Of a DNA stretch of 64,000 nucleotides, positions 18,228-28,678 are shown in pieces. Origin of the DNA: Candidatus Moranbacteria bacterium RIFCSPHIGHO2_01_FULL_55_24 (GTDB taxonomy: Bacteria > Patescibacteriota > Minisyncoccia > Moranbacterales > UBA1568); assembly GCA_001786575.1 (NCBI GenBank), contig MFRW01000009.1:24979-88978 (forward strand), read 5' to 3'. The position numbers were made by a program, and so were the translations under genes. The notes below the pieces were generated by a model, which saw only the letters and a program-made list of their open reading frames with translations, made no database searches and was not told the origin of the DNA. Positions within the stretch are counted from its first letter, which is position 1, and every line of letters starts with the position of its first letter.

Positions 18228-18560
18228 TCAAAGCTTGTCGATGCTGTCGAGCACGTCATCGAGCGCGTCGAGTGGTTTGGATCCCAGACCGTCGGCCTTG
18301 CAGGACGGGTCGCGGAGCTCCTGGCGCACCGTCTCTACCGCGAGGAACGGCTTTACGCCCTTCACGATATTGTCGTTGATGGCGATATTCGGCCCCATCT
18401 TGCAGTAGCCGAAGCAGTCGGATACCTTCAAAACGACCGCCTCATCCGGAAACAGCCCTTCCTTCAGGTTCTCGTAGATCTGCTCGCTCCCCTTCGCTCG
18501 GCAATCCTTGTGCACGCAGACCTTGATAGTGGCGATAGACTTCGGTTTATTTTCAGACAT
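18228..18560 (-). CDS. thioredoxin-like [2Fe-2S] ferredoxin (NuoE-like)
   Basis: VCVHKDC...CFGYCKMGPN cysteine pattern. Confidence 0.85.
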   Translation of the reverse strand: MSENKPKSIATIKVCVHKDCRAKGSEQIYENLKEGLFPDEAVVLKVSDCFGYCKMGPNIAINDNIVKGVKPFLAVETVRQELRDPSCKADGLGSKPLDALDDVLDSIDKL

Positions 18561-18648
18561 AAGTTTCTTGACTTCCTAGTGTACCCGTGGTAGACGGAAA
18601 GTACAAGAGGCCTTCAGGTCTTTAACAATATATAGGGAGAAACATGTC

Positions 18649-19122
18649 ATGACTGGATTTATCGATGCCGATCAAGTGCACCCTCTGTTCGTTATACACA
18701 AACCAGGGAAAGACCTGTCCGCCGGAGAAATCGATGTCATGAAAAGCCTCTGGGCGCACGCACCGTTTGGGGAGTGGGACATCAATCCGGCAAGCATCTA
18801 TTTCCTGGGCCGGGAAAAAGATGCCGAGGGTCCGGCGGTCACCACGCTTACGCTCTCTCTCGGGCAGGATATTCCCGGGGAAATATGGAAGCTGGAGAAG
18901 TTCGTGACGAGCAGCTGCCTCCGGAAGCATGGCTACGGCACCGAGCTTCTCGAGCACGCTCTGGTATATGCCAAGGATTGGTCCGAAGCGTCCTACGTAC
19001 AGCTCATCTGCCGGAAAAAAACACAGCAGGTGATCCGAATCTGCGAAAAGCTCGGCTTCGAGCTCGCAGAGGAAATCCCTTACGATGTCCCTCTGCTTAG
19101 GTATCTCTATTCTCTCCGATGA
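18649..19122 (+). CDS. GNAT family acetyltransferase
   Basis: FVTSSCLRKHGYGTELL motif A, CEKLGF. Confidence 0.8.
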   Translation: MTGFIDADQVHPLFVIHKPGKDLSAGEIDVMKSLWAHAPFGEWDINPASIYFLGREKDAEGPAVTTLTLSLGQDIPGEIWKLEKFVTSSCLRKHGYGTELLEHALVYAKDWSEASYVQLICRKKTQQVIRICEKLGFELAEEIPYDVPLLRYLYSLR

Positions 19123-19233
19123 AACTTCATCTCAACCTCAAAGAGGTGTCCCCGCGACACCTCTTTTTATTTGGTCGATGAGATATAGGCGCTTACCCGA
19201 AAATCAGGCTTTTTCAAGGATTTTGAAATCACC

Positions 19234-19686
19234 TTATTTCAGGATCATCGAAGACTTTCTTCCCTTGAAAGCCTTCTCGATCTGTTTCTTGGTCAGGTGG
19301 AGAAATGCGAGGTCGACATCAGCATAGTGCCGGCCGGTCTGGATCTTGCCGTTTTTCATTTCAAGGACGATCACCTGGGGTGTCCGATAGACTTTTTTCG
19401 TTTTCGGATCTGGATAGGATTCTACAAGCTCTATCATGACGAGATCTTTTCCTTCAGCGATGTTCTTGATGTCATATTCTCGACCCTTGATCTTGTAGAC
19501 TTTCCCCATCGCTTTTTTCAAGTCTTTGGAAGAAACTGATGGGAAGATCTTTCCTTGTCTCTCCTCTACCCAGGTCATCGAATAATCGGGAGCCATCTTT
19601 TTCAGAGCAGCAGAAACATCCCCATTGATTTCATCCTGGAGAATTTCTAGGACAGTTTTGATGTTTTTTGAGGATTTCTTTGTCAT
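19234..19686 (-). CDS. SnoaL/NTF2-like protein
   Basis: GDVSAALKKMAPDYSM...VLEMKNGKIQTGRHY pattern. Confidence 0.8.
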   Translation of the reverse strand: MTKKSSKNIKTVLEILQDEINGDVSAALKKMAPDYSMTWVEERQGKIFPSVSSKDLKKAMGKVYKIKGREYDIKNIAEGKDLVMIELVESYPDPKTKKVYRTPQVIVLEMKNGKIQTGRHYADVDLAFLHLTKKQIEKAFKGRKSSMILK

Positions 19687-19774
19687 ATGTAAGAATTTGA
19701 GTAAAAAAAGAGGTGGAGATTATTCAGATTGTGCTGATTTATCTCCACCTGTGTTATAGCATTTTATCGCTTGT

Positions 19775-20452
19775 TTAAGCAACTTGCGCCGCACTTGTCG
19801 GCTCATCGACCAATGAACCAGCCTTGATCCATTGATACCACGATTCGGTCGACAGAAGTGCTGATGCGAGGAATTCTTCTTGGAATTCCGCGAAACCGTG
19901 GTAGAGTCGAGCGAAATCGATCTTGAAGCTTCCTGCCTGGTTTTCTTCAACCGCTCGGTTGAATGAACCGCTTTCGATCGTACGAGAGAGGGATTGAATT
20001 GATGCTCTCGCCCCCGAAGAGTATTCTTTGAGGCATTCGACTTGCTCAAAATAATGACGCAAGACGTCCCTGAAAGATCCAGTCAGGCGAAGCTTCGTCA
20101 TTTGATCCCACTTCGCCGGATTCACTGCCTGTGACCGAGTAAGTGAATACCCGACACTTCCCCAGTTAATCTGATTAACGGAAGGAGGCTCCCAGCCGCG
20201 TTCAGTCGCATAGCGATCCGAAATGGATCTGAGATGATCGTTCATCTCATCCAAGTGGCGCTCGCAGTGGTCGAGATGATAGATGATCTCCTGCGGATTT
20301 CCTTGCCCGCTCTGCTCAAGTTCGTTGAGGAGGACATCCTCGATAACAACATTCGCGCTTTCGAGAGATATCCTCGCAAGACTGAGCGCCCTTGAAAGGC
20401 GCGTTGAGTCGGGAAGGTATTTGTTGCAGGGTTGATGGTTTACGCCACCCAT
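19775..20452 (-). CDS. hypothetical helical protein (225 aa)
   Basis: TTGACA-17-TATAGT promoter, GAGGAG SD, terminator at ~19705-19750. Confidence 0.75.
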   Translation of the reverse strand: MGGVNHQPCNKYLPDSTRLSRALSLARISLESANVVIEDVLLNELEQSGQGNPQEIIYHLDHCERHLDEMNDHLRSISDRYATERGWEPPSVNQINWGSVGYSLTRSQAVNPAKWDQMTKLRLTGSFRDVLRHYFEQVECLKEYSSGARASIQSLSRTIESGSFNRAVEENQAGSFKIDFARLYHGFAEFQEEFLASALLSTESWYQWIKAGSLVDEPTSAAQVA

Positions 20453-20553
20453 AAATGGCTCCTCTGGTTTGAGAAAAGAACAGGTTCAAGATTTAGAACT
20501 CTCTAAATCCGAATCCGTGTAAACTATAGAATATTTTCAGCATTTTGTCAATA

Positions 20554-20853
20554 CTAAGCTTTGGCCTCAAAGCCGATGGATTTATGCTCGGGAGCTGCAG
20601 CAGCTTCCAAGTTTCCGAACTGATCTTCGTACTTCTTGAGGTTTTCCTGCATCGCAGTCACCATGCGTTTGAAGTGTCCAGGACTGACGATGACGCGGGA
20701 ATTGAGGGTTCCTGTAGGAGGGAAGACATTCATGAAATCAATCACAAATTCTTCTTTGGTATGGAAGATATTCGCGATATTGGAATACTCCCCTTTTAAT
20801 TTCTCATCCGACGTCTTAATTTGAATCTGCTGATTTTGAGAGTTACTTTGCAT
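20554..20853 (-). CDS. DUF3467 family protein
   Basis: GEYSN...HTKEEFVIDF...SRVIVSPGHFKR...YEDQFG. Confidence 0.88.
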   Translation of the reverse strand: MQSNSQNQQIQIKTSDEKLKGEYSNIANIFHTKEEFVIDFMNVFPPTGTLNSRVIVSPGHFKRMVTAMQENLKKYEDQFGNLEAAAAPEHKSIGFEAKA

Positions 20854-20859
20854 AGAATT

Positions 20860-21225
20860 TTATTTAATTAAGAGGTTAAGTAGCTTGAATAAATTTAGTA
20901 TCACTCTTCCAGAATAATAAAAGATGAGTGACGCCATAATAAAGAGGATTATCGATACAAGTATTGGATGTATCTGTTTCTTAAAAAGAGATTTAATCGA
21001 ACCTATAAGATCCTTTTGTTTCTTAAATTCTTTCAATAACTCCCTGTATATAAATGTTGCAAAATCTAGAAATATGATGCTTGTAATTATGAATAGGAGA
21101 AAGAATATCAAAATCACAACATCTCCTTGTTCGACACCTTTTTTGCCTTTACTATAAACTAACACCCCATAGATTAACATTGACAGCAATAGAAAAAGTT
21201 TTGAAATTGGGGTATTCCCAAACAT
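20860..21225 (-). CDS. AT-rich membrane protein (possibly 3' part of a frameshifted gene starting at 21332)
   Basis: Three hydrophobic segments, low GC. Confidence 0.6.
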   Translation of the reverse strand: MFGNTPISKLFLLLSMLIYGVLVYSKGKKGVEQGDVVILIFFLLFIITSIIFLDFATFIYRELLKEFKKQKDLIGSIKSLFKKQIHPILVSIILFIMASLIFYYSGRVILNLFKLLNLLIK

Positions 21226-21337
21226 TAAAATAACCTTTTCGAACCATGAAGAAGTTTTATATATATATCGTCAGTGCTCGTTTTGGCACCATCAAGCTTA
21301 TAGCTCCCTTCTTGCCCAGTAGTCTCTGCCATAGATC

Positions 21338-21712
21338 TTATATTCTTTTAACAACAGTGAAAGGGATTTTTTTAACAATAGCGCCATTAACAAGAATGTC
21401 TAGAGAGTAATTTCCATCCGTCTTAAACTCCGTATTGTTTAATTGTCCAATGACACCTAAATCCGTGTTGGAATTGTGGATGGGTATCTCTTCTTTATGA
21501 TGCGCTATTGTTTCTTCTCCTAAGGTTATTCTTATTTCCTCCGTATAATTTCCGGGATCAGAAAAATGTATGTTAGTTACTACATACATTTGAGGATGAA
21601 CATAGGGAAATGTAGAAGAGTTAATGTTCTCAAAAATACCTAAAACATTTAACTTTCCAGCAGAAAGCGATGCATAATCACAAAGATGTGCAAAATTTAG
21701 TGTATAGTTCAT
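21338..21712 (-). CDS. DUF6941-like protein, AT-rich
   Basis: LCDYA...GKLNVLGIFENI motif. Confidence 0.75.
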   Translation of the reverse strand: MNYTLNFAHLCDYASLSAGKLNVLGIFENINSSTFPYVHPQMYVVTNIHFSDPGNYTEEIRITLGEETIAHHKEEIPIHNSNTDLGVIGQLNNTEFKTDGNYSLDILVNGAIVKKIPFTVVKRI

Positions 21713-21720
21713 ATTTTTTT

Positions 21721-21753
21721 ATAAAGGCGGAGCATCCTATGCTCCGCCTTTAT
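21721..21753. terminator. terminator after dnaK
   Basis: ATAAAGGCGGAGCA-TCCTA-TGCTCCGCCTTTAT perfect stem. Confidence 0.8.
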
Positions 21754-21760
21754 TTTACTC

Positions 21761-23680
21761 CTATTTCTTCTCTTCGTCAGCCTTGTCCTCTTCTACTTCG
21801 GCGTCTTTGGCTTGGCTCGACGAAGCCTCGGCGGAGTCGGCTTGAGGCTCTGCTCCTTCAGCTGGCTGGGCCGCCTCTTGCGAAGCAGCATAGAGCTTCT
21901 GGCCGATGGCCTGGGCGGCGGTCGAGAGGGCCTCTGTCGCGGCCTTGATGGCTGTGAGGTCATCGCCATTCTTCACCTTGTTCAGCTCCTCGATCTTCTC
22001 CTGGACCGGTTTCCTCTCTTCTTCCGTCAGCTTGTCGCCGGCGTCTTTGATAGCCTTCTCGGTGGTGTACGAGAGCGTGTCAGCCATGTTGCGGGCTTCG
22101 ATCAGTTCTTTCTTCTTCTTGTCTTCCTCGGCGTGTAGCTCGGCGTCCTTCTGCATGCGCTCGATCTCGTCCTTGGAAAGGCCGGTCGAGGCTTCGATGC
22201 GGATGGACTGGGTCTTGCCGCTCGCCTTGTCCTTGGCGGTTACCGAGAGGATACCGGAAGCGTCGATGTCGAAAGTAACTTCGACTTGCGGTACGCCGCG
22301 CGGAGCCGGCGGGATACCGTCGAGGATGAAGCGGCCGAGTGATTTGTTGTCAGCGGCCATTTCGCGCTCGCCCTGGAGGACATGGATGTCTACCTGGGGC
22401 TGGTTGTCGGAAGCGGTCGAGAAGACCTGGCTCCGTGAGACCGGGACAGTCGTATTGCGCTCGATGAGCGGCGTGCGCACGCCTCCCATGGTCTCGATGC
22501 CGAAGGTGAGCGGCGTGACGTCCAAGAGGAGCACGTCCTTCACGCTTCCTTCCAAGACACCTCCCTGGATAGCGGCGCCCATGGCGACCACTTCGTCAGG
22601 GTTCACGGTGATGTTCGGTTTCTTGCCGAAGAACTTCTCTACCGTCTGGAGGACGAGCGGCATGCGGGTCATGCCTCCCACCATGACGATCTCGTTGATG
22701 TCGCTTGCGGAAAGCTTGGCATCCGCCAGAGCCTTCTTCACCGGCTCAAGCGTCGCCTCGACCAGGTCATGGACGAGCTCTTCCATCTTGGCGCGAGTGA
22801 GCTTCAGCACCAGGTGCTTGGGGCCGTTGGCGTCAGAAGTGATGAAGGGCTGGTTGATCTCGGTGTCCTGGGCGGTCGAAAGCTCGATCTTCGCCTTCTC
22901 TGCCGCTTCCTTGATGCGCTGGAGCGCGAGAGGGTCTTTGCCGAGGTCGATTCCCTCCTGTTTCTTGAATTCGTCGATGATCCAATGGATGATGCGCTGG
23001 TCGAAGTCGTCTCCTCCGAGGTGGGTGTCGCCGTTCGTGGACTTCACTTCCACCGTGTCTGCTGCCACTTCGAGAATGGAAATGTCGAAGGTGCCTCCTC
23101 CGAGGTCATAGACCGCGATCTTCTCGTCTTTTTTCTTGTTGAATCCGTAGGCCAGCGCTGCGGCGGTCGGTTCGTTGATGATGCGGCGCACGTTGAGTCC
23201 CGCGATCTCGCCGGCTTCCATGGTGGCCTTGCGCTGGGAATCGTCGAAGTAGGCCGGAACGGTGATGACAGCGTCAGTGATCTTCTCGCCGAGCTTCTCT
23301 TCGGCATCGGTCTTCAGCTTCTGGAGGATCATGGCGCTGATCTCCTGCGGAGTGTACTCCTTGCCGCCCATGATGACCTTCACGCCTTCGCCGGCCTGGA
23401 TGATCTTGTAGGGAAGGGTTTTCAGATCGCGCTGGACTTCCTCGTCATTGAAGTGCCGTCCAATGAGGCGCTTGATGGAAAAGAGCGTGTCGCCCGGGTT
23501 GGTGACAGCCTGACGCTTGGCGAGAAGCCCCACGAGGCGTTCGCCGGTCTTGGAAATCGCCACCATCGACGGCGTGGTGCGATTACCTTCCTTGTTCTCT
23601 ATGATTGTCGGGCTGCCTCCCTCGACGATAGCCATCGCGGAGTTGGTGGTGCCCAAATCGATTCCGAGGATCTTTGACAT
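21761..23680 (-). CDS. dnaK: chaperone DnaK
   Basis: [23 protein letters not shown]. Confidence 0.99.
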   Translation of the reverse strand: MSKILGIDLGTTNSAMAIVEGGSPTIIENKEGNRTTPSMVAISKTGERLVGLLAKRQAVTNPGDTLFSIKRLIGRHFNDEEVQRDLKTLPYKIIQAGEGVKVIMGGKEYTPQEISAMILQKLKTDAEEKLGEKITDAVITVPAYFDDSQRKATMEAGEIAGLNVRRIINEPTAAALAYGFNKKKDEKIAVYDLGGGTFDISILEVAADTVEVKSTNGDTHLGGDDFDQRIIHWIIDEFKKQEGIDLGKDPLALQRIKEAAEKAKIELSTAQDTEINQPFITSDANGPKHLVLKLTRAKMEELVHDLVEATLEPVKKALADAKLSASDINEIVMVGGMTRMPLVLQTVEKFFGKKPNITVNPDEVVAMGAAIQGGVLEGSVKDVLLLDVTPLTFGIETMGGVRTPLIERNTTVPVSRSQVFSTASDNQPQVDIHVLQGEREMAADNKSLGRFILDGIPPAPRGVPQVEVTFDIDASGILSVTAKDKASGKTQSIRIEASTGLSKDEIERMQKDAELHAEEDKKKKELIEARNMADTLSYTTEKAIKDAGDKLTEEERKPVQEKIEELNKVKNGDDLTAIKAATEALSTAAQAIGQKLYAASQEAAQPAEGAEPQADSAEASSSQAKDAEVEEDKADEEKK

Positions 23681-23705
23681 ATGTTTGCTGTATTAATACT
23701 TGAGA

Positions 23706-24212
23706 TTATTTGACGCTTACCTTCGCCGGCCGGATGACCCGTTCACCGAGAGCGTAGCCTTTCTGATGCATCTTGGTGATGAGGTTCTCTTCAGCTTCGC
23801 CTTCGATGGCTTCGTGCTTCGCGGGGTCGAATGCCTCCCCTTCACCTGCTTCTATCGCTTGGACACCGTTTTCCTTGAGGACGTCCTCGAGCTGCTTCTG
23901 GATGTACTGGATACCGACTATCCAAGGACTTTTCTTCTGGTCTTCCGGCACGTGCTGGGTCGCGGCATTGAAGTTGTCGAGGACCGGGATGATGTCGAGC
24001 ACGAGCTTCTCTATCAGGTAGCCGCCGAGCTCTTTCTGGGATTCCGTCTGGCGCTTCTTGTAATTCTCGAAGTCTGCTTTCAGGCGTTTCAGGTCATCGA
24101 GGTATTCGTCTGCTTTGGCCTGCCAATCGGTTTCTTGTATCGCTTCTCTGGTTTCCGGTTCTTGCGGTTCGGGCGTTTCCTTTTCTTCCTTGGGCTTCTT
24201 TTTGTGTTCCAT
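23706..24212 (-). CDS. grpE: nucleotide exchange factor GrpE
   Basis: ADFENYKKR, FDPAKHEA, QKGY...IRPAKV. Confidence 0.97.
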   Translation of the reverse strand: MEHKKKPKEEKETPEPQEPETREAIQETDWQAKADEYLDDLKRLKADFENYKKRQTESQKELGGYLIEKLVLDIIPVLDNFNAATQHVPEDQKKSPWIVGIQYIQKQLEDVLKENGVQAIEAGEGEAFDPAKHEAIEGEAEENLITKMHQKGYALGERVIRPAKVSVK

Positions 24213-24216
24213 ACGG

Positions 24217-24960
24217 TTACAGGATGTTAATGGCTACGATAGTGACGAGAGCGGATGAGGAGAGGAGTTTCTTCATATATTCGATGAGGGATTTGTTCTT
24301 GGCGTACTTCATGCGCTTGGGGCCGATGATGGCGAGGACGCCGGTGCCTTCGTCGGTCTGGTACGGGGCCACCACCATGGCGCAGTTGGAGATCTCTCGG
24401 ATCGGGTTCTCGGCGCCGATGAAGATATGGGTCTCCCCGTCCGAGAGCTTGCCTAGGAGCTGTTCCAGCTTCACATCGAGGGAATCGAGGGTTTCTACCA
24501 GGCGGCAGAGGTCGTCGATCTCGCGGAATTCCGGGTTCTCCATAAGCTCTTTCATCCCGAAGTCGTAGAACTCTTCCTTGTCGATGATGCTGGAGACAGC
24601 GAGGTTGCCGGAGAGAGCCGAGAGGAGTTTGACAGTACTCCTGCCGAGGCGGGCCTGTTTGGCTTTCAGCACGAGGAGTTCTTTCTGAAGCTGCTGCTGT
24701 TCTGTCTTCGAAAGCGTCTCTTCCCCCATCATCTGCTCGACATAGAAGCGATAGCCCTGGTCGGTCGGGATGCGTCCGGCGGAGACGTGCGGCTGGTACA
24801 GGTAGCCGGATTCCTCGAGTGCGACCATGTCGTTTCGGAGTGTTGCCGAGCTGACGGGGAACTGGAAGCGGTCCAGAAGCGCCTGCGATCCGACGGGAAT
24901 AGCTGTTTCGGTGTAGAGCTCGACGATCGCGGACAGAACTTGCTGTTGGCGTGAGTTCAT
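24217..24960 (-). CDS. hrcA: heat-inducible repressor HrcA (short form)
   Basis: SSATLRNDM, QPHVSAGRIPTDQGYRFYV, IGPKRMKY. Confidence 0.95.
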   Translation of the reverse strand: MNSRQQQVLSAIVELYTETAIPVGSQALLDRFQFPVSSATLRNDMVALEESGYLYQPHVSAGRIPTDQGYRFYVEQMMGEETLSKTEQQQLQKELLVLKAKQARLGRSTVKLLSALSGNLAVSSIIDKEEFYDFGMKELMENPEFREIDDLCRLVETLDSLDVKLEQLLGKLSDGETHIFIGAENPIREISNCAMVVAPYQTDEGTGVLAIIGPKRMKYAKNKSLIEYMKKLLSSSALVTIVAINIL

Positions 24961-24990
24961 GCGGATAGCTTTATATGTCTGATCACATTC

Positions 24991-25032
24991 AGTATAAAAA
25001 ACTCTTTAGCAGTCGTCAAGAGCGAGTGCTAA
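24991..25032 (-). promoter_or_regulatory. CIRCE operator overlapping sigma70 promoter of hrcA-grpE-dnaK
   Basis: TTAGCACTC-N9-GACTGCTAA (25032-25006, 1 mismatch); TTGACG-17-TATACT. Confidence 0.93.
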
Positions 25033-25093
25033 AGAATGAGGGAAAAGGAAAAGGGAGTCCTTTGCGAGGGACTCCCTATCAGGGCGCGATGCG

Positions 25094-25303
25094 CTAATTG
25101 TAGCATGGGTTCTGACAGTTGCCGCATACGTCATCGGCGTTCTTGACGTCGTTTTCGAGGACTTCTTCGAGCGCGTATGTCCGATGGACGCGCGCTTGGA
25201 GGCGACAGCAGTAGATCAGGGTGTTGGGGTTCTCCGGGCGTTCCCCTACCACTTTGTGTGTGGTAGCGGGTGCGGCGGCCGGTGCAGATGCTGCGAGTGG
25301 CAT
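25094..25303 (-). CDS. small Cys-rich protein (69 aa)
   Basis: GAGGAG SD, TGGACA-17-TATAAG promoter, terminator. Confidence 0.65.
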   Translation of the reverse strand: MPLAASAPAAAPATTHKVVGERPENPNTLIYCCRLQARVHRTYALEEVLENDVKNADDVCGNCQNPCYN

Positions 25304-25417
25304 AAAATCTCCTCTCTCCCTAGAAAGAACATACTCACACTTATACTCCCCAAAAGGCTTTTTGTCCAATAAAAAAAAGGGAGTCAGTGACTCCCTTTAG
25401 GATAGGCGCGATATGGC

Positions 25418-25642
25418 TTAATTGCTTTCAGCCATTCTGCGATTTTGGCGCCGGGTGGCCTTGGAACTCCCGTGGGTCGATGAATCCCGCTTTTTGCGCG
25501 GTCGGGACTTCTTGAAGAAGCGTACCAGGATTTTCTGGAGTCCGCAGCGATGCCCGAAACTTTCGGTAAGGGCCCGATGTTCTTCGAGGAAACAAGTACG
25601 ATAGGACGTTACGTCGTAACGGCCTTGGATACCGAATAGCAT
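25418..25642 (-). CDS. small basic hypothetical protein
   Basis: AAGGGGAG SD, terminator downstream. Confidence 0.55.
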   Translation of the reverse strand: MLFGIQGRYDVTSYRTCFLEEHRALTESFGHRCGLQKILVRFFKKSRPRKKRDSSTHGSSKATRRQNRRMAESN

Positions 25643-25663
25643 AAAGTTCTCCCTTTTGTGGGT

Positions 25664-25879
25664 TTACTTCTTGCGTTGCGATTTCCTCTTCCTGCTCCGG
25701 ATGCGGAGCGATCGTTTTTGTTTTCCGAGAGATATCTTGGCGGAAGGAAGCTTGGGCCTCCTCGGCCGTGAGAACGGACCACTTCCTTCGTGGCTTAAAA
25801 GTGGGAAAAGTGCTCCTCCTAGAGAGTGGAACATGTTGCGGAAAAATCCGCCAAAAAGAGATCGAAACGTAATGAACAC
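25664..25879 (-). CDS. small basic hypothetical protein (start uncertain)
   Basis: Arg/Lys-rich C-terminus; purine-rich leader; boxA-like motif upstream. Confidence 0.45.
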   Translation of the reverse strand: MFITFRSLFGGFFRNMFHSLGGALFPLLSHEGSGPFSRPRRPKLPSAKISLGKQKRSLRIRSRKRKSQRKK

Positions 25880-25911
25880 CCCCTTTCTCTGACTAGATTG
25901 TGAATGAACGG

Positions 25912-26148
25912 TTACGGGACGGGATCATAGCCTCCGGCGTGCCACGGATGGCACTTCAGAATCCGCCTGATACCCATACTGCTCCCGCGCATGACGCCAT
26001 ACTTCTCGATGGCCTCATACGTGTAAGCGCTACAGGTCGGATGGAAACGGCAAAAGCGCTGCCCGGTAAGCGCTCCTATGACTCCGTGATCGAACGAGAG
26101 AGTCTTCTGGTAAACAACGATGAGAAACAAGAGGATTTTTTTGAGCAC
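25912..26148 (-). CDS. yidD: membrane protein insertion efficiency factor YidD
   Basis: [10 protein letters not shown]...[15 protein letters not shown]; GTG start. Confidence 0.93.
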   Translation of the reverse strand: MLKKILLFLIVVYQKTLSFDHGVIGALTGQRFCRFHPTCSAYTYEAIEKYGVMRGSSMGIRRILKCHPWHAGGYDPVP

Positions 26149-26265
26149 ACTTTGAGGATATTCCTCTGCCCTGCCTCTTGTCAATCTTTTTGTCAATGGG
26201 TTTTCCGGCTGGTATACTGAAGAGGACTTCCCGGGGAGGGAGGGATTTTCAATACCGAAACACAC

Positions 26266-27174
26266 ATGCAAACCATCGAACACAAGAAGATCACGTGGAT
26301 CGATTTTGAGGATATCTCGCAGGACGACATCATGTACCTGCAGGAGAACTTCAATATCCACCCGCTGGCGATCGAAGAGCTCGTCACTCCTTCGTATCAG
26401 CCGAAAGTGGTCCAGTACGAGAACTGCCTGTTCCTTTCTATCCATATTCCCCTCTTCGATGTGGAGCACCGGACGACGTACCCGGGCGAGCTCGATATCA
26501 TCCTGACCGGGGAGCACCTCATCACGAGCCACAAGCGCGATATCTACCAGCTCGGGAAGTTCTTCCAGGAATTGGAAAAGAGCGAAGGCAAACGCCGTCT
26601 GTATCTGGAGGCCACTCCGGCGCATCTCCTCTACCGCCTGATCGAGATCCTGCTCGACTCCTCTTTCCCGCGGCTCAATCGCATCTCCGAGAAGCTGGAC
26701 TTCATCGAGAGCCAGGTCTTCGCCGAGAAAGAGAAAGAGATGGTGTTCGAGATCTCCGTCCTGAAGCGCGATATCCTGAACTTCCGCCGGACGCTCAAGC
26801 CCCAGCGCTCCATCATCCAGTCGATCGTCCAGAAGGAACACCCTTTCATCCCGCAAGAGACCAAGATCTACTTCGAGGACCTGATCGGCACCAACATCCG
26901 TCTGTGGAACATCCTGGAGAGCCAGAAGGAGACGATCGAGGCGCTCGAAGCGACGAACAACTCGCTCCTCTCGAACAAGCTCGACCTCACCATGAAGGTG
27001 CTCACCATCTTTTCCGCCATCATGCTCCCGATGACCGCCTACTCCAACATGCTGGCCATGAGCGCGCGTATCCCCTTCGGGGACAATCCGAACGCCTTCT
27101 GGATCCATGTCGGATTCATGGCGCTCTTGTCGATCATCACGATGACCGTGTTCCGTATTAAGAAATGGCTGTAA
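26266..27174 (+). CDS. corA: CorA family divalent cation transporter
   Basis: [23 protein letters not shown], two C-terminal TMs; canonical GMN reads AMS. Confidence 0.88.
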   Translation: MQTIEHKKITWIDFEDISQDDIMYLQENFNIHPLAIEELVTPSYQPKVVQYENCLFLSIHIPLFDVEHRTTYPGELDIILTGEHLITSHKRDIYQLGKFFQELEKSEGKRRLYLEATPAHLLYRLIEILLDSSFPRLNRISEKLDFIESQVFAEKEKEMVFEISVLKRDILNFRRTLKPQRSIIQSIVQKEHPFIPQETKIYFEDLIGTNIRLWNILESQKETIEALEATNNSLLSNKLDLTMKVLTIFSAIMLPMTAYSNMLAMSARIPFGDNPNAFWIHVGFMALLSIITMTVFRIKKWL

Positions 27175-27182
27175 TTCCTGTT

Positions 27183-28601
27183 ATGCTCTCGTTCTACAAC
27201 ACCCTTTCCAAAAAGAAAGAAGAATTCATCCCTCTCAATCCCGGCAAAGTCGGGATGTATGTCTGCGGTCCGACGGTCTATGACTACGCCCATATCGGCA
27301 ATCTGCGGGCCTATGTCTTTTCTGATACCCTGCGGCGCGTCTTGGAAGACGCCGGGTACGAGGTGCGCATGATCAAGAACATCACCGATGTCGGCCACCT
27401 GACCGCCGACGATATCGCCCAGGGCGACCAGGGCGAGGACAAGATCGCCAAGAAGGCGCTTGCCGAGAAGAAGACTCCCGAAGACATCGCTACCTTCTAT
27501 GCCGACTACTTCTTCGCGGCCGAAAACCGGCTGAACATCCTGCCTGCGCATTTCTTCCCGACCGCTACCGCGCATATTCCGCAGATCATCCGCCTGATCG
27601 AAGAGCTGATCGCCAAGGGCCACGCTTATGAGAAGAATGGCAATGTGTTCTATGATGTGACGAGCTTTCCTGCCTACGGGAAACTCTCCGGCAATACCCT
27701 GGAACAGCTCAAAGTCGGCGCGCGCCTGGAGGAACACCCTGACAAGCGGAACCCATGGGACTTCGCGCTCTGGCTCAAGGCGCCCGAGGGCCATCTGATG
27801 CGCTGGGCTTCGCCCTGGAGCGAGGGTTACCCCGGCTGGCACATCGAGTGCAGCGCTATGGCGCTCGAGTATCTGGGGACGACGTTCGACATCCACACCG
27901 GCGGCGAAGACCATATTTTCCCTCACCATGAGGCCGAGATCGCCCAGTCCGAAGGCGCCACCGGAGTCCCGTTCGCCAGATATTTCATGCACGTGCGGCA
28001 TATGCTCGTGGACGGCGAGAAGATGTCCAAATCCAAAGGGAATTTCTATACGTTGGAAGACGTCATAGAGCGCGGCTACAGCCCGATGGATTTCCGTTTG
28101 ATGCTTCTCGGCGCTCACTATCGGAGCCAGATGAACTTCACCTGGGCGGCGCTCGACCAAGCGATGAAGAATCGACGATCCTTCCGCGTTGCCAAGGAAC
28201 GGCTCCTGGGGAGCGAGGTGGTTATGGATGCGGAAGGTTTCGATGGCAAGGAATACGTCGAACGCATCCGTACAGCGCTCCAGGATGATCTCAACACGCC
28301 GGAAGCTCTCGCTATCGCTCTGGAATTCGCCAAGAGTCTGAACACCGCTCTCGATACGAAACAGCCGCTCTCGCTCGAAGGTCTCGCCAATGCCTGGGAG
28401 ACGATCTACAATCTTTTCGGCCTCCAAGACGAGGCGGCCCAGGTAGAGGTTCCGGAAGAAGTGAAGCAGCTGGCCGAAGACCGCATCCGGGCCCGCGAAG
28501 AAGGCCGCTACGCGGACGCCGATGCCCTGCGGAACGAGATCGGCGACAAAGGATTCGTTATCGAGGATCGCCCCGGCGGCTATACCCTCCACAAGGCCTG
28601 A
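27183..28601 (+). CDS. cysS: cysteine--tRNA ligase
   Basis: [25 protein letters not shown]. Confidence 0.98.
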   Translation: MLSFYNTLSKKKEEFIPLNPGKVGMYVCGPTVYDYAHIGNLRAYVFSDTLRRVLEDAGYEVRMIKNITDVGHLTADDIAQGDQGEDKIAKKALAEKKTPEDIATFYADYFFAAENRLNILPAHFFPTATAHIPQIIRLIEELIAKGHAYEKNGNVFYDVTSFPAYGKLSGNTLEQLKVGARLEEHPDKRNPWDFALWLKAPEGHLMRWASPWSEGYPGWHIECSAMALEYLGTTFDIHTGGEDHIFPHHEAEIAQSEGATGVPFARYFMHVRHMLVDGEKMSKSKGNFYTLEDVIERGYSPMDFRLMLLGAHYRSQMNFTWAALDQAMKNRRSFRVAKERLLGSEVVMDAEGFDGKEYVERIRTALQDDLNTPEALAIALEFAKSLNTALDTKQPLSLEGLANAWETIYNLFGLQDEAAQVEVPEEVKQLAEDRIRAREEGRYADADALRNEIGDKGFVIEDRPGGYTLHKA

Positions 28602-28678
28602 ATAAAGGTCTCTTTCCGGGCGCTTGAACTCTCGCTCCTGTCTGGTATAATGGGGAATCTGAATAGCTGTCTCTTTCT

